DNA from: Crocosphaera subtropica ATCC 51142
GTDB taxonomy: Bacteria; Cyanobacteriota; Cyanobacteriia; Cyanobacteriales; Microcystaceae
Direction of reading: 5' to 3'
Assembly: GCF_000017845.1 (NCBI RefSeq)
Contig: NC_010546.1
Location: forward strand, 4,590,001-4,622,000
DNA: 32,000 nt
Below the pieces are notes generated by a model that was not told the DNA's origin, did not search any database, and saw only the letters and a list, made by a program, of their open reading frames with translations. This document shows, one piece after another, positions 1-8,661 of this stretch. Position numbers and translations under genes: made by a program. Each line of letters begins with the position of its first letter. The stretch's first letter is position 1.

Positions 1-93
1 GCCCTCTACACTTACTAGAATACCTCTGAGCCTTGGGTCATTGCTTCATCCATGTTAGGGGTTATCACTCACCTATTTGGGTGAATATACATA

Positions 94-135
94 GAGTTCG
101 GAGTTTGGGGTTCGGGGTTCGGAGTTCGGAGTGAT
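94..135. repeat. Tandem heptamer repeat (STRR-like), about 6 units of G(A/G)GTT(C/T)G
   Basis: Read directly as gagttcg gagtttg gggttcg gggttcg gagttcg gagtgat. Short tandem heptamers are a known cyanobacterial intergenic repeat class. Confidence 0.7.
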
Positions 136-168
136 GATTTTTTAGATGGTAACTGATGACTGATAACT

Positions 169-202
169 AAAAAAAAGAGAGAGGACAACTATTGTCCCCT
201 CT
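169..202 (-). terminator. Intrinsic terminator downstream of the petN/small-ORF unit
   Basis: On the minus strand there is an imperfect hairpin. Outer stem is agag/ctct and inner stem is ggacaa/ttgtcc with a small bulge. It begins 6 nt after the stop codon at 208-210 and is followed by a T8 run (plus-strand A8 at 169-176). Confidence 0.55.
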
Positions 203-207
203 AGGGT

Positions 208-351
208 TTAGCGTTTGCTTTTTTTATCTCGGTCTCGACGACGACGATCGCGCCATTCTACGGTTGTTAGGTAGAGTATCCCCCCACTGACTAAAATCAG
301 TAAAACAAAGCCAGTGAGAAAGAGTATATTGAGAAAATAAGATGTTTCCAC
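208..351 (-). CDS. Hypothetical 47-aa single-pass membrane micro-protein with a highly basic C-terminal tail
   Basis: The track ORF 208..390 overlaps petN in another frame. A GTG at 351, 4 nt after the petN stop, gives (M)ETSYFLNILFLTGFVLLILVSGGILYLTTVEWRDRRRRDRDKKSKR. It has one hydrophobic helix and is followed by a terminator. I recognise no family. Confidence 0.3.
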   Translation of the reverse strand: METSYFLNILFLTGFVLLILVSGGILYLTTVEWRDRRRRDRDKKSKR

Positions 352-355
352 AGTG

Positions 356-445
356 TTAGAAACCGTTACGTCCCCAGACAACCATAGCAATAGACCAAGT
401 GAATAAAGCTAACACGCTAACCCAACCGAGAGCTAAAATATCCAT
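356..445 (-). CDS. petN: Cytochrome b6f complex subunit VIII (PetN), 29 aa
   Basis: The reverse complement of 356..445 reads ATG GAT ATT TTA GCT CTC GGT TGG ... CGT AAC GGT TTC TAA, which is [29 protein letters not shown]. This matches the conserved cyanobacterial PetN sequence pattern (MDIL.LGWV....[14 protein letters not shown]). It falls below the ORF-track length cutoff. Confidence 0.9.
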   Translation of the reverse strand: MDILALGWVSVLALFTWSIAMVVWGRNGF

Positions 446-539
446 AGCGATTTATGTCTATAAAATGACGTGAGTATCAAAACGACACAAACTATGATAC
501 TTCTATTTGGTGAGGTTGTGGATAGTAGAATCAATTACA

Positions 540-950
540 ATGTCAAACTTAGAACGTATTGAGTCGGTCAAAGCAGGGTATTTAGGAGGAATGGCTTTTA
601 CGGTTGCTTATGTCTTGATCTTAGCCATTAATTACAGCACTTGGGATGTTTCTGTTGCTGATGTCATTACTTTAGGGGTTAAAGTAGCGATCGCATTTAT
701 TAGCGGTTTTCTCTTTGCTGTTACTTATCGTTACATTATTCGCACGGATAACAATGGTCATTTAAAAGATGGCGCAGTGTTGGCCTTTGGGTTAGTCAGG
801 GGGTTGGTTCCAGTAGAACTCTCTTCTGATATTTTCCATCATTTAGGACAATTCGCTATCTTAGGGATAGAAAGTATTATTTGTTTTATGGTTGCTCGTG
901 TTTGTTTAGAGTTTGCTTTTAAACGGGGTTGGATTAAACTATTTTCTTAA
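540..950 (+). CDS. Hypothetical integral membrane protein
   Basis: The track ORF starts at TTG 507. An ATG at 540 (MSNLERIES...) is the more likely start. It has several hydrophobic helices and I recognise no family. Confidence 0.55.
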   Translation: MSNLERIESVKAGYLGGMAFTVAYVLILAINYSTWDVSVADVITLGVKVAIAFISGFLFAVTYRYIIRTDNNGHLKDGAVLAFGLVRGLVPVELSSDIFHHLGQFAILGIESIICFMVARVCLEFAFKRGWIKLFS

Positions 951-993
951 AACTGAATTATTTAGTTATTAATTACTTATTATTCATTATGTT

Positions 994-1806
994 ATGAAGC
1001 TTCACATCACTATTAAAGGTCAAGGGTATCCGATTTTATGTTTACATGGTCATCCAGGTTCGGGTCATAGTTTATCGGTGTTTACTGACCATCTTTCTAA
1101 GCGGTTCTTAACTCTATCCCCTGACTTACGAGGATATGGAAACAGTCGTTATAGAAAGCAGTTTGACATGAGGGCTCATCTCATTGATTTAAAGGAATTA
1201 TTAGATGACTATAACATCGATCAATGTATTTTGTTAGGATGGTCTTTAGGGGGGATTTTAGCGTTAGAATTAATTTTACAATGTCCTGAAAAGTTCACCG
1301 GTTTGATTTTAATTGCTTCTGCTGCACGACCGTATGGGAATCATCCTAAAGTGAGTAATCAAGAATTAATTTATGCAGGAATAGCAGGGATTTTAAACTC
1401 TTTAAAACCAGGATGGCAATGGAATATTGATACCTTTGCCAAAAAGTCTTTATTTCGTTATTTAATTGGTCAACAAACTCCTGTGGCTTATGAATATTTA
1501 GCAAAGTATGGAGTCAAAGCCTATTTCCAAACATCTCAATTTGCTAATCAAGCTTTATCTAATGCGTTAAAAGCAAGCTATAATCGACTTGAGGAATTAG
1601 AAAAAATAGACATCCCTTGTTTAGTTTTAGCTGGTTCAGAAGATCGACATATTACTGCACAATCAAGCGAAGAAACAGCAAAGAATTTAAGAAAATCCCA
1701 ATATATCTGCTATCTTAATCATGCTCATCTTTTTCCTTGGGAAATACCCGAAAAAGTTCTAAAAGATATTGATCAATGGCTCAGTGAAAATAGAAATTAT
1801 AATTAA
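994..1806 (+). CDS. Alpha/beta-fold hydrolase
   Basis: An HG oxyanion-type motif (LHGHPGSG) near the N-terminus and a nucleophile elbow GWSLGG. The length of 270 aa is typical. Confidence 0.85.
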   Translation: MKLHITIKGQGYPILCLHGHPGSGHSLSVFTDHLSKRFLTLSPDLRGYGNSRYRKQFDMRAHLIDLKELLDDYNIDQCILLGWSLGGILALELILQCPEKFTGLILIASAARPYGNHPKVSNQELIYAGIAGILNSLKPGWQWNIDTFAKKSLFRYLIGQQTPVAYEYLAKYGVKAYFQTSQFANQALSNALKASYNRLEELEKIDIPCLVLAGSEDRHITAQSSEETAKNLRKSQYICYLNHAHLFPWEIPEKVLKDIDQWLSENRNYN

Positions 1807-1863
1807 AAAATACTCCTAACTCAAGTTATGTTATATTTTAATAATTAAAAATAGAGAATTAAA

Positions 1864-2499
1864 ATGATCTCAAAAATTTTTCTGAGTTTACTGTGGATAG
1901 GATTTGTTATTTATGGTTTTTTCTTAGCCCCTCCAGGTCAACCGGATACTATAGAGTTGATTAAAAATCTATCAACTGGAAACTGGGATAATATTAACCC
2001 TTTAATTATTGCTGTATTTAATAGTATTGGTCTGGTTACTGTCATTTATGCTAACCTTTTATTTATTGATGGAAGAGAACAAAAAATCGTCGCTTGGCCC
2101 TTTGCGATCGCTTCTTTAGCAGTGGGAACTTTTGCAGTGATTCCTTATTTAATTTTACGGGAACGCAATCCTAAATTTAGTGGCGAAAAAAATCTACTGA
2201 TTAAACTTGCTGATTCCCGTTTACTTCATATTTTTATAAGTATAACCCTAATAGTTTTCATCAGTTGGGGTGTCATATCTGGAAATGGGTTAGACTTTAT
2301 TCAAGAGTGGCAAACTCGACGATTTATTAATGTGATGAGTTTAGATTTACTCTGTCTTTGTTTGATTTTTCCTTTTATTATTAAGGATGATATGTTGCGG
2401 AGAAATATAAAAAATGATGCCCTATTTTGGACAGTTAGTTTAATTCCTTTATTGGGAACCTTAATCTATTTATGTTTTCGTCCTTCTTTACCTGAATAA
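1864..2499 (+). CDS. Hypothetical multi-pass membrane protein
   Basis: A 211-aa ORF with an ATG start and five or six hydrophobic segments. No family is assigned with confidence. Confidence 0.65.
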   Translation: MISKIFLSLLWIGFVIYGFFLAPPGQPDTIELIKNLSTGNWDNINPLIIAVFNSIGLVTVIYANLLFIDGREQKIVAWPFAIASLAVGTFAVIPYLILRERNPKFSGEKNLLIKLADSRLLHIFISITLIVFISWGVISGNGLDFIQEWQTRRFINVMSLDLLCLCLIFPFIIKDDMLRRNIKNDALFWTVSLIPLLGTLIYLCFRPSLPE

Positions 2500-2934
2500 T
2501 GACTAATAATTAATTAAGTAGAAGCCAACTAATCTTGACTTCTAATCTTTATGTTTCCAGAAAACTTAAGTTATTGATTGGTTAAGGAAGTAATTTTAAC
2601 CGTGATTTTAGACGTTTTTGCACAGGTATAGAAAAAAATAAAACTATTGTCATAAAAATATGATAATAGTTACTTGAATAATTTATTTTATCGATAAATT
2701 ATTATAGATAATTATAGATGATTATCTTGTAAGTGAATCCTGAAAACACAGAGATAATGGGGTTATACAGCTTTTTTGTTAGTCATCAATTATCAAATAT
2801 TATTTCTATATGTACAAATTTGACATAACTTATTTATATTTTTTTAATATTATTGAGGTCGCTAATTTACGAAAAATTTTCTAGAATGTGAGCGATTCAT
2901 TCGCAAATTATTTACTTTTTGGAGATTTTAAATC

Positions 2935-3747
2935 GTGAAACATTTACTAAAGACATTTTCTGTAGCAATTGCTACAGGAATGGTTGCCTTAAGTTTTCCT
3001 AGTGTAGCTAATGCGTTTACCATGTCTTCTACTCCTGGCTTTTATGATGAAGCACTTGACGGTTATGACGACTTATCTGATAATCGGTTAGACCCAACTG
3101 ACTTAGGTTCATTAATACCCGGAGTAAACAAGCTCAGAGCCTCATTCTTTAACGACGGTGGAGTGGGTTTAGATTATTTTACCTTTACCGTAGATAAAGG
3201 ACAGGCCTTAAAAGCGATCGTTCTTAATGATTGGGAGGTAGACCCTTTTGAAGATATTGCTTTTATTGCTATTCAAAAGGGAGATACATTTACCTTTGAG
3301 TTCCCTAATGATAACGTAGCCGACGGATTAGGAGCTTTAGGACTGTTAGGTTGGTCCCATCTGAGAAGTACCCAAGTTGGTACTAATAAAATTTTAGAAG
3401 AGATGGCAATATCTAATCTAACACCAGAAAATGGTGGCATAGATGAGGCTTATTTTCAGGCAGAAGTAGATGAAGGTTTTTATGAAGGGCTAGACAACCA
3501 GGCTGCACTTGAACAGAGCCTGCGTGACTTAGCTTTACCTCGAAACTCGCAAGCAGGAGCAACAGGATTTGATAGACCTTTAAAAGCGGGAACCTATTCC
3601 ATGTGGTTAAGACAAGGTAATGCGAATCCGATTTCTGTAGAATTAGATTTTGAGACAGTCTCAGTACCTGAACCTACCGGGGTTCTTGGCACGACAGTGG
3701 CATTCGGTTTAATGACACTGCTTAGAAAAAAAAGCAAACGCTCCTAG
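2935..3747 (+). CDS. Secreted PEP-CTERM sorting-domain protein
   Basis: N-terminal signal peptide (MKHLLKTFSVAIATGMVALSFPSVANA). The C-terminus VPEPTGVLGTTVAFGLMTLLRKKSKRS is the canonical PEP motif, a TM helix and a basic cluster. GTG start with GGAG upstream. Confidence 0.8.
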   Translation: MKHLLKTFSVAIATGMVALSFPSVANAFTMSSTPGFYDEALDGYDDLSDNRLDPTDLGSLIPGVNKLRASFFNDGGVGLDYFTFTVDKGQALKAIVLNDWEVDPFEDIAFIAIQKGDTFTFEFPNDNVADGLGALGLLGWSHLRSTQVGTNKILEEMAISNLTPENGGIDEAYFQAEVDEGFYEGLDNQAALEQSLRDLALPRNSQAGATGFDRPLKAGTYSMWLRQGNANPISVELDFETVSVPEPTGVLGTTVAFGLMTLLRKKSKRS

Positions 3748-3922
3748 GTAACTTGAGTTCGCCATAAAACAAAATCATACAACACAGGTGTGGGGGGTCG
3801 GAGTCAACCATTCGCTCCTATTTCCTCCCTTTCTTAAACCGAACTCGACTAAGAGCGCATCTCTACTATTAACTTAATTCTACCAGATCAGTAACTATTC
3901 AGTGGTGAGAGAGTCAAATCCG

Positions 3923-4345
3923 ATGAATCAAAGAATTTTCAATGTATTAAACGGTTTTGGAGCCATATCTTTCGTTATTTTTGCTTGGCTACAGCATGAA
4001 GATAACAACGCCGAAATCTATTTCAACCCTAGCCTTGTAGATGTCTGGATGTGGATGATGTTCTATGGACTGGTAGCCCTACTATTTGGGTTGGCCATGA
4101 AGGGGCTTTTTCCGAAACTACTCTATCTCTTGTTTGCTTTTTTTTGTTCCTATCAATTGAGTGTTACCATACCTGGCTTTATGGCTAATTTAGCCAGTGG
4201 AAGTTTTAGCATAACCAATCATAGTATGTCCCCAATCAATCCCCAAGTAGAACTAACAAGGGAATTTTTCGGGGCTTTGATCGCATTAGCTGCAGTGGGT
4301 TTCTTGTGGTGGCAACGAGGTCAAGCCAGAAAAATCTTGAATTGA
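3923..4345 (+). CDS. Small four-helix membrane protein, TMEM220-like (family call tentative)
   Basis: ATG at 3923 (MNQRIFNVL...), with the track ORF starting at GTG 3902. It has hydrophobic helices and an AWLQHEDNN...W.W..Y pattern reminiscent of the transmembrane-220 family. It is co-oriented with eboA and ends 57 bp upstream of it. Confidence 0.5.
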   Translation: MNQRIFNVLNGFGAISFVIFAWLQHEDNNAEIYFNPSLVDVWMWMMFYGLVALLFGLAMKGLFPKLLYLLFAFFCSYQLSVTIPGFMANLASGSFSITNHSMSPINPQVELTREFFGALIALAAVGFLWWQRGQARKILN

Positions 4346-4402
4346 ATACTAGCACAAAATCATTCTGTTTCTTGATAAGTTTTTAGGCGAATTTAAACGA
4401 TT

Positions 4403-5308
4403 ATGATTGCAACTATTCAACACCCTACGGAAACATCAAAAACCAGCAACATTATTAACTATCTTCAAAACTGCTTAGAAAAGCAGTTACATCAGTCCGC
4501 CTTAACCTGGCTGAATTGGACAATAGAGAAGTTGTTAGACAACCCATCATCACACAGCTTATTCATCGGCTTTAGTCAAACCCCTCGCCAAGTGGGTAAA
4601 GCCAACTTAAGTTTGAGCCAAGAAGCGATAAGCACAGCCCGTCAACTGCGCCCAGGATGGATGCCAGAGTATTGGACCGTGGATCAAGCCGTGCGAACCC
4701 TGTTACTGCTCAATTTTCAGACAGACGAGCCTCAAGAGTATCTAGCCTCGGTTGAAAAGCTCTTTTCGGCTGCTGATGTGGCTGAACAGATCGCCTTGTA
4801 TCAAAGTCTTCCCGTATTGCCCTATCCCCAACAATTTAAAGCCAGAGCCATTGAAGGACTACGCACCAATATGGTAACGGTTTTTAATGCGATCGCATTG
4901 CATAATCCCTATCCGAAGGACTATTTTCAAGAAGCCGCTTGGAACCAAATGGTGCTTAAAGCCTTGTTTGTCGAGAGTCATCTCAGTCAAATTCAAGGGT
5001 TGGATTCCCGTGTTAATGCTAAATTAGCCAAAATGCTCTCTGACTATGCCCATGAGCGATGGTCTGCCGGTCGTGGCGTTAACCCCCAACTGTGGCGGGC
5101 TATGGGTTCATTTACCGAGGGTCAAATCCTCGCAGACTTAGAAAAGGTATTAAGGGAAGGGGAAACCTTTGAGCAGCAAGCGGCGGCTTTGGCTTGTTTT
5201 GGGGGTTCTGCAGAGGCACAAACTCTATTAGATAAGGTTCCGACTCTCAAACAAGCCATTGAACAGGGGCAACTCACCTGGGACAGTTTCAGTCAAACCC
5301 ATCTTTAA
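4403..5308 (+). CDS. eboA: EboA-family protein
   Basis: A 301-aa soluble helical protein in first position of a TatD, UbiA, DHQS-like, TIM-barrel, NPP gene string, which is the canonical ebo order. The call rests mainly on context and general resemblance. Confidence 0.7.
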   Translation: MIATIQHPTETSKTSNIINYLQNCLEKQLHQSALTWLNWTIEKLLDNPSSHSLFIGFSQTPRQVGKANLSLSQEAISTARQLRPGWMPEYWTVDQAVRTLLLLNFQTDEPQEYLASVEKLFSAADVAEQIALYQSLPVLPYPQQFKARAIEGLRTNMVTVFNAIALHNPYPKDYFQEAAWNQMVLKALFVESHLSQIQGLDSRVNAKLAKMLSDYAHERWSAGRGVNPQLWRAMGSFTEGQILADLEKVLREGETFEQQAAALACFGGSAEAQTLLDKVPTLKQAIEQGQLTWDSFSQTHL

Positions 5309-5362
5309 ATTAAGTCCCAACTACTTATAAAACTGATTCATAATAAAACAGGAGAAAATACG

Positions 5363-6289
5363 ATGCTAATTGACAATATGATGGTCATTGATCCCCACAT
5401 TCACATGACCTCACGCACTACTTATGACTATCTCGTTATGAAAGAGTATGGCGTAGTTGCTATCATTGAACCCTCATTTTGGCTAGGGCAACCCCGAACC
5501 CATGTGGGAACCTTTCAAGATTATTTTAATAGCTTGATCGGTTGGGAACGATTTCGAGCCGAACAATTTGGCATTCGCCATTACTGCACCATTTCCATTA
5601 ACCCCAAAGAAGCCAATAACGAACCCTTGGCCGAACAGGTGATGGAGTTGTTACCCTTGTATGCTTGCAAAGAAGGGGTGGTGGCCCTAGGAGAAGTGGG
5701 CTTTGATGATATGACCGAGGCCGAAGAAAAATATTTTCGCCTCCAGTTAAAATTGGCCAAGGAACTCGACAAACTGGTTTTAGTCCATACGCCCCACCGT
5801 AATAAAAAAGAAGGAACCAGTCGCAGCATGGACATTTGTCTAGAGGAAGGATTAGATCCGTTACAGGTGATTATTGATCACGCCAATGAAGAGACGGTAG
5901 ACGAAGTGCTGGATCGAGGTTTCTGGTGTGCCTTTTCTATTTATCCCAATACCAAAATGGGGAATGAGCGTATGGTAGAACTGGTGAAAAAATACGGCAG
6001 CGATCGCATTATTATCGATAGTGCAGCAGACTGGGGAATGAGCGATCCTCTGGCAGTGCCGAAAACCGCTCAACTGATGTTAGAAAGTAACATTCGTGAA
6101 GATCACGTTAAAGCAGTTTGTTATGGCAACGCCCTCAAAGCCTATGGTCAAAGTGGAGAAATGAAAGAAGAACACTGGCTCGAACCTACGGCGATCGATC
6201 AGCGACAACTCTATGAGGGTAACTCAGTGCTACGAGGACAAACTCCTATGGTAGAAAAACCCTTTCAAGAATCAATCATTATCCGTTAA
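5363..6289 (+). CDS. eboB: TatD-family metal-dependent hydrolase (EboB)
   Basis: N-terminal IDPHIHM (HxH metal-binding motif), and later GEVGFD and LVHTPH motifs typical of TatD/amidohydrolase folds. AGGAG RBS upstream. Confidence 0.85.
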   Translation: MLIDNMMVIDPHIHMTSRTTYDYLVMKEYGVVAIIEPSFWLGQPRTHVGTFQDYFNSLIGWERFRAEQFGIRHYCTISINPKEANNEPLAEQVMELLPLYACKEGVVALGEVGFDDMTEAEEKYFRLQLKLAKELDKLVLVHTPHRNKKEGTSRSMDICLEEGLDPLQVIIDHANEETVDEVLDRGFWCAFSIYPNTKMGNERMVELVKKYGSDRIIIDSAADWGMSDPLAVPKTAQLMLESNIREDHVKAVCYGNALKAYGQSGEMKEEHWLEPTAIDQRQLYEGNSVLRGQTPMVEKPFQESIIIR

Positions 6290-6291
6290 AA

Positions 6292-6317
6292 GTAGGGTGG
6301 GCAGTGCATCGCCTTAC
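6292..6317. repeat. Degenerate copy of the GTAGGGTGGGCA/TGCCCACCCTAC palindromic repeat family
   Basis: gtagggtgggcagtgcatcgccttac lies 3 nt after the eboB stop. The same family occurs at 24028..24052 and 27180..27204. Confidence 0.6.
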
Positions 6318-6370
6318 AGTAATGTCATAAACGTTCTTGCGACTGATTGCTATATTTTGAAGAGGTATTT

Positions 6371-7303
6371 ATGCAAACACAAGCAATTAACTCACCCTCG
6401 ATCTGGGGTTATTTACAGTTGATGCGACCGGCTAATATTGTGACAGCTTGGGCAGATATTTTAGTGGGTTATGCTGCTGCTGGTGGGATGAGTATGATAG
6501 CGGATGTTTGGCTCGGTAATTTGACCACCTACGAACTTACCCCCTTGTTCTGGCTACTGCTTGCTACCAGTGGGCTTTATGGAGGCGGTGTGGTCTTTAA
6601 CGATGTCTTTGACCTGGAATTAGATCGTGTTGAACGGCCAGAACGACCCCTTCCGAGGGGTGATGTTTCTCTCAGGGCAGCCATCATCTTAGGCAGTGGG
6701 TTATTAGGGATAGGCATTTTAGCGGCCCTCCAAGTAGGGATAGTTAGTGCCGTCATTGCGATCGCTGTTGCTATGGCGGCCTTAATTTATGATGGGTTCG
6801 GCAAGCATCATCAATGGTTAGGACCGTTGAATATGGGTTTATGCCGAGGGGGAAATCTGTTACTCGGTATCAGTGTTATCCCGATAATGCTATGGGAACG
6901 ATGGTTTTTAGTGTTTATTCCCATTGTTTATATCGCTGCGGTTACTGCAGTCAGTCAGGGGGAAGTCGAAGGGGGTAAACAGTCCACAGGATTATTGGCC
7001 ATTATCTTCGCTTTGTTGGTGGTAGCAGGTGTTTTAGGGTTAGGAACCCTAGACGTTTATGACTGGCGTTATTGTTTTCCTTTTGCTCTGTTATTTGCTG
7101 GGTTGGTGTTACCACCTTTTATTAAAGCTACCCAAGATCCTGCTCCCATAACGGTACAGAAGGCCGTGAAATCCGGTGTACTTTCCTTAATTGTCTTAGA
7201 TTCTGCGGTGGCTGCTGGTTTTGCCGGTTGGCTTTATGGTTTAGCGGTTCTCTCTCTGTTGGTCTTATCCCGTTTCTTAGGGAATATATTTGCTATCACC
7301 TAG
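6371..7303 (+). CDS. eboC: UbiA-family aromatic/polyprenyl transferase (EboC)
   Basis: A multi-pass membrane protein with NDVFDLELDRVERPERPLP, the first Asp-rich NDxxDxxxD UbiA motif. ATG at 6371 is preferred over the track's TTG at 6347. Confidence 0.85.
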   Translation: MQTQAINSPSIWGYLQLMRPANIVTAWADILVGYAAAGGMSMIADVWLGNLTTYELTPLFWLLLATSGLYGGGVVFNDVFDLELDRVERPERPLPRGDVSLRAAIILGSGLLGIGILAALQVGIVSAVIAIAVAMAALIYDGFGKHHQWLGPLNMGLCRGGNLLLGISVIPIMLWERWFLVFIPIVYIAAVTAVSQGEVEGGKQSTGLLAIIFALLVVAGVLGLGTLDVYDWRYCFPFALLFAGLVLPPFIKATQDPAPITVQKAVKSGVLSLIVLDSAVAAGFAGWLYGLAVLSLLVLSRFLGNIFAIT

Positions 7304-7416
7304 TTTATCCCCTCTTTAGAGCAATCAGTATATGAAAGCTTAATGATAAGTAAAAATTCTCTTCTTTTCTGTTTATGTTCTGACTCCTGTTTTCTCCAAT
7401 TTCTTAGAGGTTTCTT

Positions 7417-8655
7417 GTGCTTACCAGTTTTTCTAAACCCTTTAAATCATCTATTAATCAAGCTCTTAAATCCGATATTCATTCACCCATTCGACAACAG
7501 TTTGCCGTAACGTTTCAATACGATGTTTATTTCACCGAACAATTATTTCATCCGAACAATACTCTATTTGCTGAAATGATTGCTGCGGATGGTCAAAAAG
7601 GTCCAAGAAAGTTGGTTGTTATTGTTGATGATGGGTTACTCCCTCATCATCCCCATCTACTGGGCCAAATCGAGCAGTATAGCCAGAAATACCCTAACTT
7701 GCTAAAGTTAAAAGCTGCTCCCTTTGTTATTCCTGGAGGAGAAACCGCTAAAAATGAACCAGCCCTGATTAAATATTTACAAAAACAACTGAATCGCACA
7801 GGGTTATGTCGTCACTCCTACGTCGTAGGCATCGGAGGGGGTGCAGTGTTGGATCTGGTGGGTTATATAGCAGCCACCACCCATCGAGGGATTCGTCTGA
7901 TTCGGGTTCCTACAACGGTTTTGGCTCAGAATGACTCTGGGGTAGGGGTAAAAAATGGGGTCAATACCTTCGGCAAAAAGAACTTTTTAGGGACATTTGC
8001 TCCACCTTATGCGGTATTAAATGACTTTACCTTTTTAACCACCCTCGATGATCGGGACTGGCGAGGTGGGGTAGCAGAAGCGGTTAAGGTGGCTTTGATC
8101 AAGGATAGGAGTTTTTTTGAAGCCATAGAAGCACAAGCCAAAGCGATCGCTAATCGACACATGGCTCCGATGCAACAGGTCATTTATCGCTGCGCCCAAC
8201 TCCACATGGCTCATATTGCAGGACAAGGCGATCCCTTTGAAATGGGTTCCTCTCGCCCCCTCGATTTTGGCCATTGGGTAGCCCATCGTTTAGAGTCTCT
8301 CACCCATTATAATCTTCGTCACGGGGAAGCTGTCGCCATTGGCATCGCCCTGGACTGTACTTATTCTTATCTTTCTCAACTGCTTTCAAAAACCGACTGG
8401 GAGCGGATTTGTCACACCTTAAAAACTCTGGGGTTTGCCCTTTATGTACCAGAACTGTCGACCCATCTCGATCACCCTGATCATCCCGACTCTTTATTTG
8501 CCGGGTTAAAGGAATTTCAGGAACATTTAGGAGGTGAACTAACGTTGATGCTGCTTCAAGAAATTGGCACCGGGTTAGAAGTTCACCAGGTTAGTTTTGA
8601 TCGTTATCGAGAAGCGATCGCAATTCTCAAAACTCTGTCGTTAACATCGTCTTAA
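7417..8655 (+). CDS. eboD: 3-dehydroquinate-synthase-like sugar phosphate cyclase (EboD)
   Basis: GIGGGAVLDLVGYIAA (nucleotide-binding glycine loop), RVPTTVLAQNDSGVGVKNGVN and HGEAVAIG motifs of the DHQS/sugar-phosphate-cyclase superfamily. GTG start. Confidence 0.85.
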   Translation: MLTSFSKPFKSSINQALKSDIHSPIRQQFAVTFQYDVYFTEQLFHPNNTLFAEMIAADGQKGPRKLVVIVDDGLLPHHPHLLGQIEQYSQKYPNLLKLKAAPFVIPGGETAKNEPALIKYLQKQLNRTGLCRHSYVVGIGGGAVLDLVGYIAATTHRGIRLIRVPTTVLAQNDSGVGVKNGVNTFGKKNFLGTFAPPYAVLNDFTFLTTLDDRDWRGGVAEAVKVALIKDRSFFEAIEAQAKAIANRHMAPMQQVIYRCAQLHMAHIAGQGDPFEMGSSRPLDFGHWVAHRLESLTHYNLRHGEAVAIGIALDCTYSYLSQLLSKTDWERICHTLKTLGFALYVPELSTHLDHPDHPDSLFAGLKEFQEHLGGELTLMLLQEIGTGLEVHQVSFDRYREAIAILKTLSLTSS

Positions 8656-8661
8656 CTGAAA

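Noticed and set aside
2644-2730. AT-rich palindromes and direct repeats upstream of the PEP-CTERM gene (ctattgtcata-aaaa-tatgataatag, taatttat-N7-ataaatta, and ataattatagat repeats) as operator sites.
   Set aside because: In DNA this AT-rich, such short imperfect palindromes arise readily by chance. They match no known binding-site consensus, and they lie more than 200 nt from the start codon.
5581-6073. Track ORFs on the minus strand inside eboB (5581..5835 and 5861..6073). The same applies to antisense or out-of-frame ORFs at 8035..8286, 10068..10250, 11214..11432, 11297..11554, 11551..11754, 11876..12064, 12151..12399, 13237..13467, 14459..14662, 15934..16119, 16340..16543, 24301..24507, 26220..26585, 28480..28938 and 30662..30865.
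   Set aside because: Each lies wholly within, or mostly overlaps, a longer ORF that has clear family motifs on the opposite strand or in another frame. Their translations are low-complexity with no recognisable motifs. They are shadow ORFs.
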